Shown in pieces: positions 9,715 to 20,022 of a DNA stretch of 64,000 nt; positions within the stretch are counted from its first letter, which is position 1, and every line of letters begins with the position of its first letter. Where the stretch lies: positions 54,519 through 118,518 of the forward strand of contig DATJSN010000001.1 of NCBI GenBank assembly GCA_035504095.1, in the 5' to 3' direction. Under the pieces are notes generated by a model, which did no database searches, had not been told where the DNA came from, and worked only from the letters and a program-made list of their open reading frames with translations. Origin of the DNA: Phycisphaerae bacterium. Its GTDB lineage: Bacteria; Planctomycetota; Phycisphaerae; WQYP01. The position numbers and the translations under genes were made by a program.

Positions 9715-11013
9715 ATGGACTCGATGCATACACGCCGAATATTTCTGGCCCGTGGCTTAACGATCCTTTCGGCCGCCTCAACGCTGCCCGCGTTTATCCA
9801 GAAAACCGCTGAAGCACTCAATAACCCGGCCGATTCACCGCTCACCCAGACCGCTGCGGGTCGTGGCGACGATCGCATCCTGGTTATTGTGCAGCTTGCC
9901 GGCGGTAACGACGGCCTTTCGACGGTAATTCCTGTTGACAACGACGACTATCGAAATGCCCGGCCCACGCTGGCGGTCACACAAAATCTGCTCAGTCTCG
10001 GCGGCAACAGCAACCTGGCTCTGCATCCGAATTTGCAGGGATTCAAATCTCTCTACGATGCCGGTCAAATGAGCATTGTTCTTGGCGCTGGCTATCCAAA
10101 TCCCAACCGCTCGCATTTCCGTTCAACGGAAATCTGGCAGACCGCCGACCCCGTGAATATTGATTCCACCGGCTGGATGGGCCGCTATTTTGACGCTCAG
10201 TGTTCCGGTCAGGACCCGATTAAATCCGAAACCGCGATCAGCATTGGTTCACTTTCTCCGATGACGCTCAAGGGTGATATTTTCCAGCCTACTTCTCTGC
10301 AAAACCCGCAAAATTTCCAGTGGCTTCTGGGTCAGGGTAATAGCCGACAAGCCACCTCGCTGCGTAAGGCTTACCAGTTGCTCAATGGCATCAACCCCAA
10401 GTGCGCGATCTGCACCAATACGGGGTTGAATTTCCTCCAGCGCACCGCGCTGGATGCAGAACTTTCCGGCCGTGATATTCGTGCTGCTACCGAAGATCAT
10501 CAGAACGCCGTGAGCTACCCAAACTCACAGTTTGCCAATTCGCTTTCCATGGTGGCCAGGATGATTATTGCCAACATGCCCACACGGGTTTATTACGTTT
10601 CTATAAGCGGTTTTGACACTCATGCCGCTCAACAGCGCACCCACGATAATCTGATGACCGAACTATCCGACGGTCTGACTGCATTTATCAATGATCTGAA
10701 GGCCAGTGGCAATATCGATCGCACACTCGTGGTCACATTCTCCGAATTTGGCCGCCGCGTCGCGGAAAACGCCAGCGCCGGAACCGATCACGGCACCGCC
10801 GCACCGATGTTTGTGTTTGGCGGTTCAATCACGCCTGGCTTGCTGGGCGCTCAGCCTTCCGTTGCTCCGTCTGATCTGTCGATGGGCGATCTAAAATTCA
10901 CAACCGATTTCCGCTGCGTCTACACGGGAATTCTCCAGGACTGGCTGGGGACCAAACAAACCACTGAAATCCTCGACGGTCAGTTTAAACCTGTATCCAT
11001 AGTCAAGGCCTGA
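9715..11013 (+). CDS. DUF1501-family protein (sulfatase/alkaline-phosphatase-like) with a twin-arginine signal
   Basis: Tat-like N-terminus 'MHTRRIFLARGLTILSAASTLPAFI'. Conserved 'GGNDGLSTVIP' and 'FSEFGRRVAENASAGTDHG' motifs. Confidence 0.75.
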   Translation: MDSMHTRRIFLARGLTILSAASTLPAFIQKTAEALNNPADSPLTQTAAGRGDDRILVIVQLAGGNDGLSTVIPVDNDDYRNARPTLAVTQNLLSLGGNSNLALHPNLQGFKSLYDAGQMSIVLGAGYPNPNRSHFRSTEIWQTADPVNIDSTGWMGRYFDAQCSGQDPIKSETAISIGSLSPMTLKGDIFQPTSLQNPQNFQWLLGQGNSRQATSLRKAYQLLNGINPKCAICTNTGLNFLQRTALDAELSGRDIRAATEDHQNAVSYPNSQFANSLSMVARMIIANMPTRVYYVSISGFDTHAAQQRTHDNLMTELSDGLTAFINDLKASGNIDRTLVVTFSEFGRRVAENASAGTDHGTAAPMFVFGGSITPGLLGAQPSVAPSDLSMGDLKFTTDFRCVYTGILQDWLGTKQTTEILDGQFKPVSIVKA

Positions 11014-11107
11014 AGGGTTTTCCACCGCTCAAACGCCGTTTTTCCTTTTGACTTTTTGCTTCGCTTGTGTACGGTAACAAGCCGATAATCAAGAGAGGCG
11101 TATTCTC

Positions 11108-11974
11108 ATGCTTTACGAACATGAAACTTCGCTCCCGGGCGATCCCAGTGCACGCGACATGTGGCGTGTTTTCCGCATCATGGCCGAATTTGTCGAAGGT
11201 TTTGATAATCTCGCCAATCTCGGTCCCGCGGTAACTATCTTTGGTTCGGCCCGCACCCCGCGCCACGATCCCTACTATATCAAAGCGAGGTTGCTCGGCG
11301 CGCTGTTGGCGAGGAAAAATTTTGCCGTCATCACCGGTGGGGGGCCGGGCATTATGGAAGCAGCCAATTCCGGCGCTCACGACGCCGGAGGTGTTTCCGT
11401 AGGCCTGAACATCAGTCTTCCTCATGAACAGAAAGCCAATCCGTATCAGACCATTGCGATGAACTATCATTATTTTTTCGTTCGCAAGACCATGTTTATC
11501 AAATATTCGCACGCCGTTGTCTGCTTCCCAGGCGGTTATGGCACCATGGATGAATGCTTTGAAGCGCTCACACTTGTGCAAACCATGAAAATCGATCCAC
11601 GGCCGGTGATTCTGGTGGGCAAGGATTTCTGGCAAGGTCTTATCGACTGGATGCGCAAAACGCTGGAAAAAGAATATAAAACCGTGGATCAGTCGGATTT
11701 AAATATCTTTCGTATCACCGATGATCCGGAAGAGGTTTGTGATATCCTCGTCAAGGCCGAAGAGGGACGCTGCTGGATTCCGCCGGCTCAGGCTTATTCC
11801 GGCTTTAATACCGCGCGTCAGCTCTCACCTGAGGGAACCCGTTTCGGTGTTACGCCGCGCATAAGCCATGAACAAATTTCCCAGCCTGCATTGCCTGTTG
11901 ATCTGGCGGCAATGTTGTCGGCTAACGCCAATCCTGAAAAAAAGCGCTCAACGAGCAACCGCAAACGTAAATAA
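11108..11974 (+). CDS. LOG-family protein (cytokinin riboside 5'-monophosphate phosphoribohydrolase, TIGR00730-like)
   Basis: 'VITGGGPGIMEAAN' and 'PGGYGTMDE' motifs. Confidence 0.8.
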   Translation: MLYEHETSLPGDPSARDMWRVFRIMAEFVEGFDNLANLGPAVTIFGSARTPRHDPYYIKARLLGALLARKNFAVITGGGPGIMEAANSGAHDAGGVSVGLNISLPHEQKANPYQTIAMNYHYFFVRKTMFIKYSHAVVCFPGGYGTMDECFEALTLVQTMKIDPRPVILVGKDFWQGLIDWMRKTLEKEYKTVDQSDLNIFRITDDPEEVCDILVKAEEGRCWIPPAQAYSGFNTARQLSPEGTRFGVTPRISHEQISQPALPVDLAAMLSANANPEKKRSTSNRKRK

Positions 11975-11981
11975 AAAAACT

Positions 11982-12362
11982 TCAGATTCTCTTGGCCGCG
12001 GTTACATACGCCATACGAGTGTCGTACAGTGCCCCGGCGATTAAATTTTGTTCCGCTTCGCTGAGGTTGTTTTTGGTTTTTTCCTCCAACACGCCCAGCA
12101 AGTCGATATATAACTTCGCCAGATCCAGATCGAACATTCTTTTGCCTCCCGGCGGTGTAATCGCGCCAAGTGCAATCATGATCTGTGTGACGTATTGTTG
12201 AACTAAAAATTCAAACGAGGCCTGCGGTAATTGGTGTTTCTGGGCGCTGGATGCGGGTGGCTGCATGGGCTCCGTTTTTTTTGTTTCCTTCGGAATTTCC
12301 CCCAGCTTTCGGGCTAACTCCTCTTTTTCTTTTTCCGCCTGCGCTTTAAATTCGCTGTCCAT
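11982..12362 (-). CDS. Small acidic cytoplasmic protein, DUF1844-like
   Basis: 126 aa, Glu/Lys-rich N-terminus. The core 'FEFLVQQYVTQIMIALGAI...LDLAKLYIDLLGVLEEKTKNNL' resembles DUF1844. Confidence 0.4.
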   Translation of the reverse strand: MDSEFKAQAEKEKEELARKLGEIPKETKKTEPMQPPASSAQKHQLPQASFEFLVQQYVTQIMIALGAITPPGGKRMFDLDLAKLYIDLLGVLEEKTKNNLSEAEQNLIAGALYDTRMAYVTAAKRI

Positions 12363-12510
12363 CGACGTCTCCTGAAAATTTCCTCTTGAGGTCGGTTATG
12401 TTAACATCTGGGCTCTGTGTAGTCTCATGGCGGCCCAAACCAGGTAAATCACGGTTTCCCGCCTTATTGCTGGTAAGAACCGGGAATTTCTAACTATAGC
12501 GGAGTTTTGG

Positions 12511-13950
12511 ATGGATCCCATTATTTCTCAGTCGGTTTACCAAAGTCCTCTGGTAACGCGCAACGCTTCACCGGAAATGCTGGCTGTTTTCTCGCCACAG
12601 CGCAAGTTTTCCACATGGCGGCGTATATGGCTGGCTTTGGCGCAGGCACAAAAAGAACTGGGGCTCCCCATTACCGATGAACAAATCGCGCAGATGAGCG
12701 AGCACATCGAAGACATTGATTTTGAAGAAGCCGCACGTCAGGAAGAACGCCTCCGTCACGACGTGATGGCCCATCTGCACACTTTTGCCAAGGCGGCCCC
12801 CGCGGCCAAACCCATCATCCATCTGGGCGCTACTTCAATGGATATTGTCGACAACACGGATGTTCTGCTTTTGCGCGACGGGCTGGATATCATTGCCCGT
12901 AAATTGGGCGTATTGATTGACCGTCTGGGCAAATTTGCCCAGCGCTACCGTGATCTGGCTGTACTTTCCTATACCCATCTCCAACCCGCCCAGCCGTCCA
13001 CGCTCGGCAAAAGGGCGGTTCTCTGGTGTTACGATTTTGTTCTTGCCCTGGCCGACATCGAACTGCGCCGTCAAACCCTGATGCTCCGTGGCATTAAGGG
13101 AACCACGGGCACCCAGGCTTCGTTCCTGGAACTTTTTGCCGGCGATCATGAAAAAGTCCGCCGTCTGGAACATTTGGTGGCCCAAAAGCTGGGTTTTCAA
13201 AGGGTACATCCGGTCTCGGGCCAGACTTATTCCCGCATCATCGACGTACAGATTATCTGCAGCCTTGCGGCGATAGGCGCCGCGGCGCACAAAATGGCCC
13301 TCGATATACGCCTGCTTGCCGCATTTAAGGAAATCGATGAGCCTTTTGAAGACGAGCAGGTCGGTTCTTCGGCCATGGCTTATAAACGCAACCCGGTTCT
13401 TTGTGAACGAGTCACCGGCCTGGCGCGCTGGCTCATGGGCATGACCCAGCAGCCGCTGTTTACCGCCGCCCAGCAAATGTTTGAACGCACGCTGGACGAT
13501 TCCTCCAATAAACGGCTCTCGATCCCGGAAGCCTTTCTCACCACCGACGCCATCCTCGATATCCTGATTTATGTTTCAGGTGCGTTAAGCGTCAATGAAA
13601 AGGTCATCGAACAGAGGCTCCGTGACGAACTGCCCTTTATGTCTACCGAAAATCTTCTCATGGCCGCGGTAAAAGCAGGGGGCGACCGCCAGGAGTTGCA
13701 TGAACGCATCCGTCGGCACTCCCTGGCCGCCGCCCGGCAGGTCAAAGAGCATGGCCTGCCCAATGATCTGATCGACCGGCTCAAAGCTGATTCCGCATTC
13801 GCCGGCGTCGATCTCAACGATGTTATGGATCCGAAACAGTATATTGGAAGATCAGTCGAACAAGTCGATGAATTTATTGCTCAAACCATCGAACCGATTC
13901 GCGCACGGTACCAGGGGCGTTTAAACCATGCCTTTGCACCCAAAGTATAA
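12511..13950 (+). CDS. purB: Adenylosuccinate lyase
   Basis: Fumarate-lyase signature 'GSSAMAYKRNP'. Length 479 aa. Resembles ADSL along its full length. Confidence 0.9.
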   Translation: MDPIISQSVYQSPLVTRNASPEMLAVFSPQRKFSTWRRIWLALAQAQKELGLPITDEQIAQMSEHIEDIDFEEAARQEERLRHDVMAHLHTFAKAAPAAKPIIHLGATSMDIVDNTDVLLLRDGLDIIARKLGVLIDRLGKFAQRYRDLAVLSYTHLQPAQPSTLGKRAVLWCYDFVLALADIELRRQTLMLRGIKGTTGTQASFLELFAGDHEKVRRLEHLVAQKLGFQRVHPVSGQTYSRIIDVQIICSLAAIGAAAHKMALDIRLLAAFKEIDEPFEDEQVGSSAMAYKRNPVLCERVTGLARWLMGMTQQPLFTAAQQMFERTLDDSSNKRLSIPEAFLTTDAILDILIYVSGALSVNEKVIEQRLRDELPFMSTENLLMAAVKAGGDRQELHERIRRHSLAAARQVKEHGLPNDLIDRLKADSAFAGVDLNDVMDPKQYIGRSVEQVDEFIAQTIEPIRARYQGRLNHAFAPKV

Positions 13951-13991
13951 TTCCACGTCACATGTTTTTATGAGTCATTACGAGTCTCCGG

Positions 13992-15143
13992 ATGTCTATT
14001 AATAAAATATTTATAAATGTTGCAACCGGGGCCCTTGTGTTGATGATGGGTTCGATGGTTCCAGGTGCCACATCCGCTTCCCAGCCGGCCGCGGAAGAAG
14101 TACAGCTTCAGAGAATGCTTGCCAACAACCTCACCCTTTCGCTTAAAAATGTCAGTTTGACGGATGCCTTCTCCGCGATAGCCCGCAGTGCGCACATTTC
14201 CATTGAAGTTGAACAATCGGTTTATAACTGCCTTCCTTATGGCGACGACACCATCATTGACGTCGCATTTCGCGACGTTCCTCTGCAAACCGCACTGCAG
14301 AAAATCATGGATGAACTTTGTCTTTCAATGGCAGTTTCCAATCAGCACGTGGTTATTGAGCCGTCGGAGGCATTGGTTCGCATCGGCCGCCGCGCCACCT
14401 GGAATGAACTTGACCTCTTGCACAAGCTCAATCAGGTTGTTCAATCTCAATGCACCGGCGATTGGTCCCGGGATCTGCAAAAACTTCTTGACCAGCCGGA
14501 TATTGACGTTGTGCTCTCTCCCACCGACGCTTCGGAACGTGCCATGGCGATCAGCAATGTGCAGGCCCAGTTGCCTTGTCCGATCGCGCAGTCGCTCGAC
14601 GCTTATACCCAATCGTTGCACATGATCTGGTATCTAAGTGACAACCGCATATTTATTCAACCTGGATCAGAATGGATTCGCCAGCAGTTGAGCCGACCGA
14701 TTATTCTCAAACAATCCAATGTGCCGCTGCAACAGGTCGTAAGCGAACTTTCCATGCTTTCCGGCGTGGATTTTAGACCCCAGCCGGGATTGTATCTGGC
14801 CGTTCCTACGGTTAACGTCGATTCCAACGACGGTACCATCCTCCAGACGCTCGATGCGCTCAGCGGCGCCACCGGTATCACGTATCAGATTATGGACGAT
14901 TACGTGCTGCTGGACGTGGTGAACAATAACAGCTCCAGTACTCCCAATCACGAAGTCAATCAACAGGATCCGGTTGTCGGAATGATTCCGATTCCCACCG
15001 GCGTAGGATCTTTGCAATTTGATTATTTCGTCCATGCTTCCGACGTGCCGCCGTCGCTGCTGGCGCAATTACACGCTAAAGCCCAGGAAGTGATTAGTTC
15101 CATTGCCTCGGGGACTGTTCCGACCACGCATCCGGCTAAATAA
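13992..15143 (+). CDS. Secreted hypothetical protein with repeated STN/secretin-N-like segments
   Basis: Signal peptide 'MMGSMVPGATSA'. Two segments look like short STN/NolW-type domains ('VSLTDAFSAIARSAHISIEV', 'VPLQQVVSELSMLSGVDF'). Confidence 0.45.
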   Translation: MSINKIFINVATGALVLMMGSMVPGATSASQPAAEEVQLQRMLANNLTLSLKNVSLTDAFSAIARSAHISIEVEQSVYNCLPYGDDTIIDVAFRDVPLQTALQKIMDELCLSMAVSNQHVVIEPSEALVRIGRRATWNELDLLHKLNQVVQSQCTGDWSRDLQKLLDQPDIDVVLSPTDASERAMAISNVQAQLPCPIAQSLDAYTQSLHMIWYLSDNRIFIQPGSEWIRQQLSRPIILKQSNVPLQQVVSELSMLSGVDFRPQPGLYLAVPTVNVDSNDGTILQTLDALSGATGITYQIMDDYVLLDVVNNNSSSTPNHEVNQQDPVVGMIPIPTGVGSLQFDYFVHASDVPPSLLAQLHAKAQEVISSIASGTVPTTHPAK

Positions 15144-15157
15144 TATGGATCAGTTCG

Positions 15158-16114
15158 ATGATTTCTGAATCCCATCTCCGACCTACGCGTTTGATACAGC
15201 AGGATGGTGCAATTAAATTTTGTCTGTCCGCCGGACATTTTGCCTCACGCGAGCTGGAAACTGAGTCCATCATCATTCCCATGCGCAATTACCACGGTCA
15301 GCGCTGGTACACGCTTTGTATTTCTTCTCAGGTGGGTTGTCGCATGGGTTGCACCTTCTGCCAGACAGGCCGGATGGGATTGCTGGCCAATCTAAGCGCC
15401 GATCAAATCGTCATACAATTTACAACGGCACAGGAGATTCTCCGCCGGCAAGCTGATCGAAGCGAAGCTGCCGAGCCCGGTCTGCGCAACGTCGTATTCA
15501 TGGGCATGGGTGAACCTTTGGATAATTTTAACGCCGTTGTTGCAGCTATTCGTATACTCAATGATCCTGCGGGTCTGAATGTACCGCTTTCCCGCATCAC
15601 GATTTCCACGGTGGGGCGGGTGGACGGCATCCGAAAACTCGCCGAACTTCGCTGGACTTCGCTTCGACTGGCGATTTCCCTGACTGCCGCGGATGATGCC
15701 CTGCGCAATGAGCTTATGCCCGTCAATCGCGCCATGCCATTGGCTGAACTTAAAGAGGCGCTTCTAGATTATCCCCGCACAAGACGCACGCGATTTTTTA
15801 TTGAATATGTGCTGCTAAAAGACGTCAACGATTCAGAGCATCACGCCGATGCTCTGGCGGCCTGGTGCGAATCTCTGCCGGTTCGTGTGAATGTTATTGC
15901 CTACAATCCGCAACAGCCCGCTGCTTACCAGACGCCGGATGACCAGACGATTGTCGCTTTTATTCTGCACTTGCGCCAGAAAGGAATTCTTGCCAAACGG
16001 CGCGTCACCATTGGCCGAGACGTCTTTGGCGCATGCGGCCAACTGGGTAACACAGAATTTCATCGTAAGGAATTGCTTGCTTCAGGCGGAGCGGCGGCGT
16101 CGGCGGCCCAATAA
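15158..16114 (+). CDS. rlmN: Radical-SAM 23S rRNA/tRNA adenine C2-methyltransferase (RlmN/Cfr family)
   Basis: 'CISSQVGCRMGCTFCQTG' CxxxCxxC cluster, and 'VFMGMGEPLDN'. Confidence 0.8.
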   Translation: MISESHLRPTRLIQQDGAIKFCLSAGHFASRELETESIIIPMRNYHGQRWYTLCISSQVGCRMGCTFCQTGRMGLLANLSADQIVIQFTTAQEILRRQADRSEAAEPGLRNVVFMGMGEPLDNFNAVVAAIRILNDPAGLNVPLSRITISTVGRVDGIRKLAELRWTSLRLAISLTAADDALRNELMPVNRAMPLAELKEALLDYPRTRRTRFFIEYVLLKDVNDSEHHADALAAWCESLPVRVNVIAYNPQQPAAYQTPDDQTIVAFILHLRQKGILAKRRVTIGRDVFGACGQLGNTEFHRKELLASGGAAASAAQ

Positions 16115-17008
16115 CAGCATGCCCATGGCTGAACCAGCCAAAGCCAGGCTTGAAGGTTCGGGAACATCTGAAGGGTCGTCGCCGGACCATCTTCCCCAGG
16201 GGTTGGGATCAAAGCGTGGACGTGGAGGCGGGCTGACTGCGGATGTTGTAATGGTAAAGCTTGTTCCGTCGTCGGTGAGCGCAGAGGGTGTTGCGTCGAT
16301 AGTAGGCTGTTCCAGGTCAATGTCGTAGTTGGAAAACGAACTAATCGAGCCGGTAACTCCATTGAGTGTGGCGGAAGCGTCTGTGAACGTAACCGATCCA
16401 AAATTGTCCAGCGGCAATATGCCGTAGCCGTCTGACGGCGCCTCGGCAACCCATTCTGCGCTGGATCGCTTTCCACCGCTCATGGTTTGAGTTGTGCTGT
16501 AGTCTTTGCCTGTCGACAGGTCATCAAGAGATAAGTCGTATTTGTTGTTTCCCAGATAACTTACATCTGCGGAAATGGCATTTCCCGGGTTAATCGCCAG
16601 AGGAATTTCATACGAATAGCTGGGATACATTTCGTACCAGGCATAATAATCCACGCTGCCGCCGACCTTGTCAGCGGAAACACCGATTTGTTCGACTGTC
16701 GAAGAACTGAATCCATCAAGTCCCAGCCAAAATGCTGAATAGCCGCTGCTTGAGTTTGAAGCGATTGTAGGTACCGTCCAGTCGCCTGAAACGTTCGAAA
16801 AAGTTTGGCCCGAGCTGGCAACGTCGGCATAACCGCTCCAGTTCGACGATGCCGTTACCGTGGTGGCGGCCATAAGTGCCGAAGGATGCATAAAAGCCGC
16901 CATGGCGCCCAGAACGCCGGTGCCCAGAGCAATATGTTTGTTAGAGACGAAAATTTTAGTCAGTGTTGAAAACCGGCGGATCGATGGCAAACGGTGCATA
17001 TTGGCCAT
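16082..17008 (-). CDS. Secreted PEP-CTERM protein with a glutamic-peptidase (G1/eqolisin)-like domain
   Basis: C-terminus 'VPEPSSLALAGSAMGMLLLGRRRRRSA' has the PEP motif, a TM helix and an Arg cluster. The body carries 'SSNWSGY...GDWTVP...SAFWLGLDGF...VEQIGVSAD...YYAWYEMYP...AEWVAEAP', which matches the G1 peptidase pattern including the candidate catalytic Gln and Glu. Confidence 0.6.
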   Translation of the reverse strand: MANMHRLPSIRRFSTLTKIFVSNKHIALGTGVLGAMAAFMHPSALMAATTVTASSNWSGYADVASSGQTFSNVSGDWTVPTIASNSSSGYSAFWLGLDGFSSSTVEQIGVSADKVGGSVDYYAWYEMYPSYSYEIPLAINPGNAISADVSYLGNNKYDLSLDDLSTGKDYSTTQTMSGGKRSSAEWVAEAPSDGYGILPLDNFGSVTFTDASATLNGVTGSISSFSNYDIDLEQPTIDATPSALTDDGTSFTITTSAVSPPPRPRFDPNPWGRWSGDDPSDVPEPSSLALAGSAMGMLLLGRRRRRSA

Positions 17009-17139
17009 TGAGAGTCCTCCCCCATGTTAGAGCCGTATCATGTATGAGAAACTCTAACCTTATAATGAGCCAGGATCAACCATAAACCTCAAAACTCAAT
17101 CAACACTAGCCAACCGGCAATGCAACCTTCATTCTTTCT

Positions 17140-17988
17140 TTATATTCCAATGCCTTGCTTTCGTGTTTGCGATTGTGCGGCGGTTTGCCGCCTTTCACCG
17201 TCAATAATGCTTTGCAACGGATGACCGATCGCCTGCCTTATCCCAGCTCGAAACCGTTCCGCGATCATCAGCATGACCACCATGGCGATCACCGGCCAGA
17301 GCACATAACGAATCACGATCAGCAGGCGCTGATCAAAGTTAATCCCCTGGCCGGGCGGCGGAAGAAATACCACAATGAGCGTATTAATCAGTTCATTGGC
17401 GGAATACAAAACGCCGGGTATAGGAAATCCCGGCAAAAGGCTCTGCCACGGCAAAACAATAAACAGCAGAATGACGGACGCAATAAGTCCACGCGTCATG
17501 TGTGCTGATCCAGGTGCGCGTGCCGCAAGAATCAAAATCCACGTCAAAAAAATCAAAATGACCTGTAATGCCGCCGTGATTACGCCAATCTGTTGTGTCA
17601 CAGGCGCCGCCAGATAATACGTCGTTGCCCATTCGGAGCGTAAATTCAGTTTGCGCCCCTGAGCATCGGTCAGCCATCGCGCAGCGCCGTAATTTTCCAC
17701 GGTCTGACCGCCGGTCCATTGGTTTTGTGCCGGATTTTCATCCACTACGAAAACACCCGAAACGGTTGTTACCGCCGGCTGACTTGCCGGACGATGCGCT
17801 GCGGACGGAGTGGTTGCTACCACGGGATTACTGCCGGTATAAGGTTCGGTGGAGAACCGCACGAGAAGAAATCCAATCACCTGTGTAATCACGCAGATAA
17901 ACAGCAGTATCCCCAGCGTATTGCGTCCTGTGCCCAGTGCACGCAGGGCTATACCGTATTCGCCGTAGGGATGAACTGGTTCGGCCAT
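17140..17988 (-). CDS. Polytopic membrane protein, hypothetical
   Basis: About 5 predicted TM helices. Start placed at 'MAEPVHPYGEYG'. Confidence 0.45.
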   Translation of the reverse strand: MAEPVHPYGEYGIALRALGTGRNTLGILLFICVITQVIGFLLVRFSTEPYTGSNPVVATTPSAAHRPASQPAVTTVSGVFVVDENPAQNQWTGGQTVENYGAARWLTDAQGRKLNLRSEWATTYYLAAPVTQQIGVITAALQVILIFLTWILILAARAPGSAHMTRGLIASVILLFIVLPWQSLLPGFPIPGVLYSANELINTLIVVFLPPPGQGINFDQRLLIVIRYVLWPVIAMVVMLMIAERFRAGIRQAIGHPLQSIIDGERRQTAAQSQTRKQGIGI

Positions 17989-18082
17989 GAAAAATCGCCT
18001 TATGCTTCCGGTCATTATACAGTGGCCGCATTGTTATGGCCCTGGAATTCTCTGATAATCTCCTCGGCATCATGCGGAGTAA

Positions 18083-19963
18083 TTGGTGAACATTCAGAAT
18101 CTTATACCTGCACCGAAAGTGGTCAGTAATTTTCCGGGAGCCTGGAAACTTCCGGTTAATGGAACAATTTCATTAGCTCTTTCCGATGAAGGGCTTCAGA
18201 ATTCCGCGCATAAGTTGTGCGGCATTCTTTCTGCGCGAACTCATTCATCATGGTCCTGGATTGCTTCACATGCTTCCGCAGGCGGCACGATTCAGTTTGT
18301 GCTTTCTCCCTGTGTACAACACGTACAGGGATATGAACTTGTCGTCGATAAGCAAGGCGTACAAGCCCGTGCTTCCACCCCCGAGGGTTTGTTTTACGCG
18401 GCTCAAACGTTGTTGCAACTGATCAATATTCATCCACGGCGTTTACCGCATCTGGAAATTGTGGATTGGCCCGACTACGAGCGCCGTGGTTTTTATCTGG
18501 ACATATCCCGCGGCAAGGTTCCCAAACTCGCAACTATTCTTGATTTAGTCGACCGACTGGCGGCGCTGAAAATCAATGAATTCCAACTTTATGTGGAAAA
18601 TGTTTTTAAATTCCGTGCGCATCCGGATTTTTATCGCGATACTACGCCATTGACCGCTGCCGAAATCCGCCAGATTGATACGGCCTGCCGCCACCGGCAC
18701 ATTGATTTTGTTCCATCGCTGACTTCGCTGGGCCACTTTGACAAAATCCTCCGTCTTGGACGCTACCGGCGTCTTGCAGAAATTGAGCCCGGGGATTTAG
18801 CTAAACAGGGCATTAAACCGTGGAGCGATGATCCCTGGACCCTCAACGTAAGCGATCCAAAATCACGGCGACTCCTTGCCGGCATGTATGACGAATTTTT
18901 GCCTAATTTTTCCAGTTCCCTAATGAACATCTGCTGCGATGAGCCCTGGGATTTGGGTAAAGGTAAAAGCCGCGCTAAAGCAACAAAGCTTGGAACCGGC
19001 CGGATTTATGTTGACTGGATTGGTTTTTGCGCCGGATTAGCGGCACGACATGGCAAACGCGTTCAGTTGTGGGCGGACATTATCATCAAGCATCCCGATC
19101 TGGTAAGTGAATTGCCTAAAGACGCCATTCTGCTTGAATGGGGCTATGAGTTCGACCATCCGTTTCCAAGACACGGCCGATTGCTCGCTGCTTCCCGCCG
19201 GGCATTTTACATTTGCCCGGGAACTTCAAGCTGGCAATCGCTTGGCGGGCGAAACTCCAATAGCTTCACCAATATCCGCTCCGCCGCACGGGCGGGTCTA
19301 TCCTCCGGTGCAGTAGGCCTTCTTAATACCGACTGGGGCGATTATGGGCATCAGCAGATGTCGGCGGTGAGCCTGCTGCCCAGCGCTGCCGGCGCCGCAC
19401 TTGCCTGGAACGTGAACCAAACCGACCGCTCAATCATCCAGGCTGCGGCGGTTCATGTACTACATTCCACTGCCCAGGTCGCACAGGCGGTTTTTGATTT
19501 AGGCAACGTTTCCAGTCGTATCAGCGGTAAGCGAATCCGCAATGCCTCGTTGGAATTTTTTCTTTTCCGCGAGCCATGGGAAAAACACGAGAAACTCAAA
19601 TTGCTCAAAATAAACAGATTGAAGCCGGAAATAAATGGGGCAAAAAAAATGATCCAAATATTTTCTACTGCCGCCGGAAAAGCGCCACCCGATCAGAAGT
19701 GGATTTTTGATGAACTTTCTTTTACCGCTCGATTGCTTCTTCACGTACTTTTGCGCACCGATTGCCGGCTTTCCCATAGCGGGACGGGTGAAAGAAGTAA
19801 AAAATTGTGGGCCAAAATTATGGCGACGCAGGCGGCGGACATTCGCCGGCTCTCCGTCGAATTTCGCACGCTCTGGCTGGCGCGTAATAAGCGTTCGCGT
19901 TTGGATGACGTTCTGGCTCACTTCAGGCGTCTGGAGAAGGAATACCGGTCTAGAGGCTCATAA
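18083..19963 (+). CDS. Glycoside hydrolase family 20-like (beta-N-acetylhexosaminidase-like)
   Basis: GH20-type N-terminal domain. 'RRGFYLDISRGKVPKLATILDLVDRLAALKINEFQLYVEN' matches the GH20 catalytic TIM barrel. 'NICCDEPWDLG' lies in the HxGGDE region. Confidence 0.55.
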   Translation: MVNIQNLIPAPKVVSNFPGAWKLPVNGTISLALSDEGLQNSAHKLCGILSARTHSSWSWIASHASAGGTIQFVLSPCVQHVQGYELVVDKQGVQARASTPEGLFYAAQTLLQLINIHPRRLPHLEIVDWPDYERRGFYLDISRGKVPKLATILDLVDRLAALKINEFQLYVENVFKFRAHPDFYRDTTPLTAAEIRQIDTACRHRHIDFVPSLTSLGHFDKILRLGRYRRLAEIEPGDLAKQGIKPWSDDPWTLNVSDPKSRRLLAGMYDEFLPNFSSSLMNICCDEPWDLGKGKSRAKATKLGTGRIYVDWIGFCAGLAARHGKRVQLWADIIIKHPDLVSELPKDAILLEWGYEFDHPFPRHGRLLAASRRAFYICPGTSSWQSLGGRNSNSFTNIRSAARAGLSSGAVGLLNTDWGDYGHQQMSAVSLLPSAAGAALAWNVNQTDRSIIQAAAVHVLHSTAQVAQAVFDLGNVSSRISGKRIRNASLEFFLFREPWEKHEKLKLLKINRLKPEINGAKKMIQIFSTAAGKAPPDQKWIFDELSFTARLLLHVLLRTDCRLSHSGTGERSKKLWAKIMATQAADIRRLSVEFRTLWLARNKRSRLDDVLAHFRRLEKEYRSRGS

Positions 19964-20022
19964 TCAGAGAATTTCGATTAAACTTGCTTTTATCTAATGG
20001 AGCTTAATTGGGAGGCATTTAA

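Noticed and set aside
11003-11635. 210-aa minus-strand ORF
   Set aside because: It lies antisense to, and entirely inside, the well-supported LOG-family gene (11108-11974). It has no motif and is a shadow ORF in a GC-rich frame.
17155-18129. Plus-strand ORFs (117, 80, 97 and 136 aa) overlapping the minus-strand membrane-protein gene
   Set aside because: Antisense shadows with Arg/His-rich low-complexity translations.
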